This document shows positions 56,160 through 64,000 of a DNA stretch of 64,000 bases, piece after piece. The number at the start of each line of letters is the position of its first letter. The stretch's first letter is position 1. Made by a program: the position numbers and the translations under genes. Below the pieces are notes generated by a model. It was given only the letters and a program-made list of their open reading frames with translations, did not search any database and was not told where the DNA came from. The stretch lies in the NCBI GenBank assembly GCA_964016885.1, contig OZ024742.1, forward strand, positions 132,928,001 to 132,992,000. Reading direction: 5' to 3'. Source of the stretch: Eledone cirrhosa. Lineage: Eukaryota.

Positions 56160-59049
56160 GAATAGTTAAAATGTACAATGTAAATACCCTTAAGTGAGGT
56201 TATTGGAGAAGATAGAGTAGAAAAGGAAGAGAGAAAAGTAGGGGAGAGGGAGAGAGAGAGAAAGATATGCAGGCGTTGGAGAAATAGGAGAGAGTGGTTT
56301 GTAGATATCTTAATCAAAATGTTATGGTAGGGGTTTTATTATATTGGTTACCTTTAGAGAGATGCGTTGATAGTCTAGGTTGGAATTATTTATTGCCCCA
56401 GAAGGCAGGTTCATAGATGTGGAGAGGGGGTGAGGTAGGTCAAAGGCGAGAGAGAGAGAGAGAGAGAGTGGAATGGATATAGAGGGAGAGATAGAGAGGG
56501 GACAGACGAAGTCTATGGGGTGGGTCAACTTTGGGTTCATAGTAATAATCTGCGAATTGCACTGAGTTACCATTTATAGTGATAAGCAGTGTATTGTCTT
56601 GTAGTGTGGGGGAAGAGAAGGTGATTAGCTAGAAAGCGATGTTATAGTTACGGGTTCGAATGTTAAGTTTTTTTATAGTGAGAGAATTTAGCTTTTAGTT
56701 TGGGGTTGCAGTATAATGATCGTTCGATTCTATCGTTAAGTAGTTTATTTTTGGATTTTAATAACAACCTGAAGGACCATAAGGTAAATTTTGACTCTAA
56801 CCCTAAGATCAGACTTATATGCCCTTCTAAATCAGATATAGGAAAAATTAGCAAACATATATTTGACAGAGTAATAACTCAAGTAAAAAGAAAATTGAAA
56901 TTAAATTATGGGGCAACACTAGTGAAGCAATTCGCTGGTTTAATAACGTAAAAAATAAGAATAAATCTAAGTTTATACAATTTGACATAGACGAATACTA
57001 CTCTTCAATCTCACCAAGCACTTTACGTAAGGCCCTATCGTTTGCTAAAGTCAATTCCGACCTAACGGAGGACGAAATTAATATTATTCTCGAGGCTAGA
57101 AAAACTATAATTAAGTTTGATAACTGCTACTGGGAACGTAAGGACAGACCCACAAACTTCTAAATTACCATGGGTTCCAACGACTCAGCGGAGGTCACGG
57201 ATATTGTGGGAATTTTCATAGCCCACATACTACATAATAAATTTAGTAATCTACAGGGAGGATATACAGAGATGACGGGCTCTTATTAGTTAATAACTTG
57301 AATAACCAAAATCTTGAAAGGCTACGGAAAAATATTAGAAAATCTTTTAGTGAACTGGGTCTAAAAATAACATACCAATACAATCTTAAAGTAGTAAATT
57401 TTCTGGACGTAACTCTTAACTTAAATACCGGACTGATACGACCCTTCCACAAGGTAAATGAGAACCTTACGTATATCAACTTTAACTCAAACCACCCACT
57501 CTCCATGATCAAATCGGTTCCCCGTAGTATTTCTCTTAGAATCTCTCGCCTATCGTCTCATTCTGAAATTGTTAGTGAACACGCTGAATACTATAATAAT
57601 GCATTAAGGAATGCCGACCACCGGGATACAATAGAATACATTGATAAGAATCTCCATAACACACATAGCTCTACATGAAATCAAGGAATACGTAACCGGG
57701 GGACTAAAATACGAGCGCACACACACAGTACCACCAGACATACTAATAATAGAAAATCACCACCAAATAAATCACGTTGTAGAAAGTATATCTGGTATAA
57801 TCCTGTTTTTAATGCCTCGATTAGTACAAAACTATCTCTTTCATTCTTTAAGTTAATCAACAAGCATTTCCCTAGTTCCCATAAATACAGTAAAATTCTG
57901 AACTCTAAAACTATTAGACTATCATACTCCACGGCACCAAACCTTGAAGCATACATAAAAAAACTTAACTTAAAGCAATTAAACAACACTACAAAACAAA
58001 ATATTTTGGTAACAGATGGGCAGAACGTAATATCTGCCTCCCAACCACTAAATGGGAGACGGGTATTACACAACCCACCTGTACTGCTATCACAAGCTAT
58101 CCATGGTATACCCGCTACCCACAACAAAATATGTAACTGCCATCTACCTGAAATATGTCCATTGAAGAATGAATGCCTAAAGTCCAACATTGTTTACCAA
58201 TGCATGGTTGAATCGAACGACCAGAAATGGTATTATATCGGATCTACCACCACCTCGTTTTAAATCTCGCTGCTACCGTTATCGATTCTCAATCAAACAT
58301 CCTGATCACCGTTTTGTGACCACGCTCGCCAACAAGACCTGGCAACTCCGTGAACGCAACCAACAGTTCACCTTAAAATGGGATATACTTTCCAGCGCAA
58401 GTGCATATCGGAGTGGATTGAAGTACTGTAGGTTATGTAACCTTGAACTCTTTTACATATTAAAATCCCAAAAGAAACTACTTAACGATAGAATCGAACG
58501 ATCATTATACTGCAACCACAAACTAAAAGCTAAATTCTCTCACTATAAAATAACTTAACATTCGAACCCGTAACTATAACATCGCTTTCTAGCTAACGAC
58601 CTTCTCTTCCCCCACACTACAAGACAATACCCTGCTTATCATTATAAATGGTAACTCAGTGCAATTCGCAGATTACAACTACGAACCCAAAGTTCACCCA
58701 CCCCATAGACTTCGTCTGTCCCCTCTCTATATCTCCCTCTATATACATTCAACTCTCTCTCGCCTTTGACCTACCTCCCTCCTTCTCCACATCTATGAAC
58801 CTGGCCTCTGGGGCAATAAATAATTCCGACCTTGACTATCAACGCATCTCTCTAAAAGTAACCAGTATAATAAAACCCCTACCATCACATTTTGATTAAG
58901 ATATCTACAAACCACTCTCTCCTATTTCTCCAACCCCTGCGTATCTTTCTCTCTCTCTCCCTCTCCCCTACTTTTCTCTCTTCCTTTTCTACTCTATCTT
59001 CTCCAATAACCTCACTTAAGGGTATTTACATTGTCCATTTTAACCATTC

Positions 59050-59161
59050 TGCTCTGATGATACAGTGGTCACAGCATTTGATATTTGAGTTCTGCAAATA
59101 GTTGAAAATGTGCACATAGCATAACTAGGCTGTATTACCACCGTGGAAACATTTGTAATCA
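59050..59161 (+). ncRNA. hammerhead with ~85-nt helix II domain (right arm, helix I mutated)
   Basis: TGCT-CTGATGA-tacag...ctgta ttaccaccgtg-GAAAC-ATTT-GTA^ATCA. Confidence 0.5.
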
Positions 59162-59210
59162 CACGGAATAAATTACCTTTTTTATGATGTCTACCTGTTA
59201 TTATTCATTC

Positions 59211-59293
<83 letters not shown>

Positions 59294-59516
59294 TATGAGT
59301 GTACTAGAGGATGAACTATATATGTGTCTGCATCACTGAGAATATTGGACCGTCACCGTTGATTTTTTGTATGATTGTTATTTACATAAATGCTTACATA
59401 AATACATATATCCATCCATACATCAATACATTCACACATACATACATACATGCACACACACAGAGACACATACTCACATAAACACATATATACATATATA
59501 CATGCATCAATACATG

Positions 59517-59600
<84 letters not shown>

Positions 59601-60577
59601 AATGTATATACATAAAACAAACAGATAACTCGATTTTGTACGGTTGTTTGTGTACCAGTGTGTGAATATTTTCATATATAACTTAAATCCAGAACTATAT
59701 TTATATACTTGTTAACTTAGCTCTCAATAATTTGTGTATGTATGATTGACAACCTAATGTTCCGAGGACGATTGTTCTCGTCGTGCTACCAAACCGTTCC
59801 TAAAATTAACGTGCTGGTGGATGAATATTTCACTTAAACTTGAGGCATTGCCTATTTCTTAGGAGAATTGAACGTGCGTTTGTTTGTGTACGACCCTTGG
59901 CCCTTCGGATCACAGGTTCAGTTGAGATTTGCCAGGTTATTAGGCAGAATCAACATGGATAGAGATGTGTTCTTCAAGTACATAACTTTCGAACACAAAT
60001 GAACTTTCTTTCTATCATGAGATGTATGTCCTAAACATTTACGTTTGTACATTTAAAATTCGTTTATATTTCGAATCAGATCACTTGAAATATCAAGGGA
60101 CAGAACTCTACAAGACACTGCAATCTAATTGCAAGAAGGTATGAGTAACGAAGGACAGGACACAATAGCTGTATATTGGTATGCATGGGCATACTACCAA
60201 AAGAACAAGAAAAGAAAATCAATCAGTGCTGACATAGACATATAAATAGTTGTGTGTGTGTTTTTATATCTTAAAGAATATTTTTTGTAATATGCGTTTG
60301 AATAGCCATATAACTATATGTGGTTGACAGTGAAAATTAGATAAAAAGTTGAAGCAACGGTTCAATTGTGTGGAGCAGAAGAACGCATATCCGTGTGTTC
60401 CAAGAATAGACCATAATGTACCTGCAGCAACCATAGGAAACAAATGAAAAATTACCTTTACCAAGAATGTTTCCTTTAAGTTGGGACATGCTATCATGTG
60501 AATACGTAATAAATAACACTGACCGTTTGCTTTTGCGAAATCAAATAGAATTATTTAGGGAATGACTAATCAAAATA

Positions 60578-60631
60578 TTCTTCTGCTTCTTCTTCTTCTT
60601 CTTCTTCTTCTTCTTCTTCTTCTTCTTCTTC
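60578..60631. repeat. (TTC)n microsatellite
   Basis: ttc run. Confidence 0.95.
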
Positions 60632-60634
60632 GTG

Positions 60635-61270
60635 GGAACCTCCTAGTGTCGCCTTGAGTCGACTTTTAAGGGAAACCCCACCAACCATGGAGATCGAACC
60701 ATCTGCCCTCCACATGCCGCATGGAGATGAATAGATGTTTCCTCTCCCTTTTAGCCTGCCTACATAGCCATCTTAAGAGTGGGATGTTTAAATATTCGTG
60801 GCCTTATGTCTCCTGGAAGCAGGGTGAGGTGAACGAACTCAGATAACTAGATATGGTTGTGACTGCCACCAGCGAAACAAGGATTTTCAACATACGCGCA
60901 CTACCTCTCATTTTTGACAGCTTTCAGATCTTTGCATCTCTAAGTCGGCCGGAAATGGAACCTGGGGTGGCTGTGCTGTTTAGGAAAGACCTGGATCTTG
61001 AGGTAAAATCGATCTTTCTAGACCCGGACGGTAAGTTTGTGGTCCTGGATATAAGTAACAGCAAATCTGGAGCCTACAAACAGGTGCTTGTCTATGACCC
61101 GACCGAGGTTACACAGTCGTATTTCGTTAGGAGTCTGGAAGCACTTCTGAGAATGACTCACCCATTAGTATTAGCAGGCGTACTGAAACGGCATCGTAGA
61201 TGCACGGTGGGATTGTGTAAGAGAAGCTGATAGAAGCAGGGGATGCAAAAGACTCAGGTACCTGATAGGC
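60635..61270 (+). mobile_element. Tx1/L1-clade LINE fragment (APE endonuclease)
   Basis: ILRVGCLNIRGL, ATSETRI, GVAVLFRK, DPDGKFVVLD, VYDP, LVLAG; frameshifted. Confidence 0.82.
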
Positions 61271-61585
61271 TAGCTGTGAAATTTATAACGTCATTTGCAA
61301 TTCGCTGGCATAATATTGGTGTCATGGAGAGGAGAGATTGTCATACATAATCAAGTGCTGGTCTTCACAAAAACACTTTGTTCGGACTTACACCATTTAG
61401 GTACAACTCCCATGACCTATCGTGATCGACATCTCTTTCTCTCCCTCCCACTCTCTCTCTCTTTCTCTCTATCCATCTCTCTCTCCCTCTCTCTATCCCT
61501 CCTCTCTCTCTCTCTCTCTTACTATCTCTCTCTCTTTATCCATCATATACAATATCTCTAATTTCTTCTTGAATGTTTCATTCTA

Positions 61586-61620
61586 ATTCCTGATGACGAT
61601 CTAGCCTCCGAAACGTTAAT
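61586..61620 (+). ncRNA. degenerate minimal hammerhead motif
   Basis: attc-CTGATGA-cgatctagcctcc-GAAACGTT-aat; weak helices I and II. Confidence 0.35.
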
Positions 61621-61738
61621 ATTATACCTACTGTATTCAGAGCGAACCTAATGTTTGTCATTAATTCATGTATGTACTTCATCGTCAATTGTGTTACCTC
61701 CATTTCCTTTTCATACATACGCACGCACCCCCCCCCCC

Positions 61739-62750
<1,012 letters not shown>

Positions 62751-63445
62751 TACATATATATATATATATTTAGCATAGTTATATGTAGAGGTGGATGGCT
62801 TAGACATCCTTTCTGGTGTTTTTTTATCTATTGTCCCCAATAACACGACTGGGAAAAATGATGCTTTTATATACATGAGTTATGAGAAATGTCTATTCTC
62901 TTTGATTTACGATATACCTAACCACGTGGTGATGGATTATTCTTTCATGATTTCAAAGGTAACAATCATCTAGAAAAAAAAAAAGTAAAAGCTGTTTGAA
63001 TGAACGAAAAGTAAACCAAACTAAATAATAATAACTGGGATATAAACCTAGCCTTGTGGGTAATGCTTATTTGGTTTTATGAGATTCAACGACAGCTGGA
63101 ATTAGTCGAAATAACGTCTTGACAAGTTTTAAGATGACAGTTATATTTATTGTGAAATGAGTGGTCCATTTTTTGTTACATTTCATTGCCAGGCTGGCTG
63201 GAATATATTCCTGTATAAATGAAGAAAGGTAGGTCAAAAGACGAAGAGTATAATGAAAACAGAAATAGGTAAGACTTAATGTGAAAGCAAGTTTCTTTCG
63301 TTCATAAAACTAATTTTCTTCCTCTTTATGATGCTTGAGGAAGGCTAGTTGGAAGAAATGCATTTTACACATAAATATACCCTCTCACAAAATACCTATA
63401 CGGCATATACACACATATACTCTATCCCTGTCTCATTCTCTCATC

Positions 63446-63448
<3 letters not shown>

Positions 63449-63527
<79 letters not shown>

Positions 63528-63533
63528 CCTCTC

Positions 63534-63577
<44 letters not shown>
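63449..63577. repeat. (TC)n microsatellite
   Basis: TC run; explains the SLSL/RERE ORFs. Confidence 0.97.
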
Positions 63578-63580
<3 letters not shown>

Positions 63581-64000
63581 CACACACACATACATATATA
63601 CATGCGGGTTAAGGGTGGATTTTGGCAAATATCATTTAGAAAGCTAAGAGCACACGAAGCTGTAACAAAACCATTGCCTAAGTTGATATGAAATGAGATT
63701 AAATCCTGAAACAGCTCATGCTTGTGTATGCGTGTGCATACGTATATATGTGTATGTGCGCAAGTTTGCCTTTTTGTATATGTATATTTTTCTTTCTTTA
63801 TGTGTGTGTCTGTGTGTGTTGGTATCTTGCAGACTGGGATAATTCCAGGCTGCAAAACTGTGGCACAGCGTTTCGTACAATTGAGCTTTCTTTGTGTGAA
63901 GGTAGTTTATTAGTTGCCCCTGTATCCTATACTTTTTCTCTTTTATGATTGAGCTACTATTTCATGCCATCAACGTTGTCCTTTTTCTTTTCCTTTTCTC

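Larger units (their letters stand above)
55852..59211 (+). mobile_element. Penelope-like element (Hydra-clade-like) with a large inverted 5' copy of its 3' end
   Basis: Coding remnant 56762-58558: LKDHKVNF..RLICPSK, QFDIDEYYSSI, TMGSNDSAEV.DIVG, YRDDGL, NFLDVTLNL, CNCHLPEICPLKNECL..IVY..YIGST, CRLCNLE, CNH; frameshifted. ~55997-56760 is an inverted copy of ~58460-59211. (TA)n on both sides. Confidence 0.93.

Noticed and set aside
55852-59211. Long inverted arms read as DNA-transposon TIRs, or the PLE ORF as an intact or selenoprotein CDS
   Set aside because: Arms are asymmetric copies of the retroelement 3' end; the ORF is broken by frameshifts and TAA/TAG stops, with no pattern of TGA at conserved Cys positions.

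Overview
AT-rich eukaryotic intergenic or intronic DNA made of microsatellites and decayed transposons. The repeat content suggests an invertebrate, probably a coleoid cephalopod such as octopus; this is an inference from the SINE family and microsatellite load. I can support no host protein-coding exon, and most ORFs in the supplied track are (TA)n, (CA)n or (GA)n artefacts. Recognisable elements: four Penelope-like retroelement (PLE) remnants (three with a CxC-x5-CPL GIY-YIG, Hydra-clade-like; one Neptune-like CCHH); RTE, Tx1/L1, R4/Dong, CR1 and CRE LINE fragments; about 12 copies of one tRNA-derived SINE; a Helitron-type non-autonomous element; and a TGT...ACA MITE. The most interesting layer is an apparent PLE-driven small-RNA mobilome in (TA)n tracts. 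It includes fold-back elements carrying minimal type I hammerhead ribozyme (HHR) motifs, some with U3-A8 or C4 core variants or long helix II, whose short arm ends about 50 nt past the predicted cleavage site. It also includes a 270-bp tandem unit containing a complete tRNA-like cloverleaf, one copy fused through a near-perfect palindrome to a truncated PLE. Other points: a twin-priming-type inversion in an RTE, two head-to-head Tx1/Dong fusions in TAA tracts, and a SINE tail matching the Tx1 3' end. All coordinates and folds were read by eye and are approximate.
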